7,243 nt of DNA from positions 1 to 7,243 of the forward strand of contig JAKLZA010000301.1 in assembly GCA_030704615.1 (NCBI GenBank), given 5' to 3'. Positions 6,953 through 7,243 of this stretch are shown here, one piece after another (position 1 is the stretch's first letter; the number at the start of each line of letters is the position of its first letter). The DNA is from Takakia lepidozioides (lineage: Eukaryota; Plantae; Bryophyta). A model generated the notes under the pieces. The model was not told where the DNA came from. It ran no database searches and saw nothing but the letters and a program-made list of their open reading frames with translations. Both the position numbers and the translations under genes were made by a program.

Positions 6953-7243
6953 ATGCTTGCAAGCCCGCCGGTACAAGAAATACCCATAGCTTTTGCGGCA
7001 ACCATACGTTTATGCTGGTGCACTACAGGCTTCCTGCAGTTGTTACAGCAAAAGCAGTTCTGTGAGTCTAAAATGAAGAAGAGTGAGAGGAATGGAGGAA
7101 ATCAGGGGGATGAAGAGCACCACAATTCAGCAGGAAGAAACAAACGATGTGATACCCCAACAGGCGATAACGATACTGGAGGGCTGAGATTGGAAGGATT
7201 GCAAAGCCTAGATTGGACATACACCATAGACAGTACATGTTAC
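6953..7243 (+). CDS. Hypothetical ORF truncated by the window end (not in the ORF track)
   Basis: Manual translation from ATG 6953 gives 97 codons with no stop to the last base: MLASPPVQEIPIAFAATIRLCWCTTGFLQLLQQKQFCESKMKKSERNGGNQGDEEHH...LDWTYTIDSTCY. Same frame as 6365-6817. Confidence 0.3.
   Translation, partial: MLASPPVQEIPIAFAATIRLCWCTTGFLQLLQQKQFCESKMKKSERNGGNQGDEEHHNSAGRNKRCDTPTGDNDTGGLRLEGLQSLDWTYTIDSTCY

Larger units (their letters stand above)
1..7243 (+). mobile_element. Ty3/gypsy LTR retrotransposon, internal region (non-chromovirus, plant type); LTRs not identifiable in window
   Basis: Gag with CX2CX4HX4C knuckles followed by PR, RT, RH, INT in that order on one strand (Ty3/gypsy order; in copia INT precedes RT). 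Plant-type RT motifs WLSPIVIVPKKNGKLRVCV, DPFPLPF, DGFSGYNQV, MPFGLCNAPATFQR. Element ends are not seen, so boundaries are the window edges. Confidence 0.96.

Overview
The window is the internal region of a plant-type Ty3/gypsy (Metaviridae) LTR retrotransposon on the + strand. It holds an acidic/Gly-Ser-rich 5' ORF, Gag (capsid plus three CCHC zinc knuckles), then Pol in the order protease-RT-RNase H-integrase (HHCC, D,D35E, GPY/F). There is no chromodomain and no extra archaeal-type RNase H, which points to a non-chromovirus, non-Tat lineage (Athila/Phygy/Selgy-like; inference). The many short ORFs are pieces of one reading frame broken by about 20 one- or two-base indels, mostly in homopolymers or doublets. 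After manual repair I find no nonsense substitution and intact catalytic residues, so this looks more like an intact or young element with long-read indel errors than an old fossil. Downstream of integrase are a hierarchical 10/30-bp CpG-rich tandem array with repeated dyads and about 800 bp of unidentified coding-like sequence still open at the window end. No LTR, PBS or PPT can be confidently identified, and I cannot support a new biological system beyond these candidate accessory regions.
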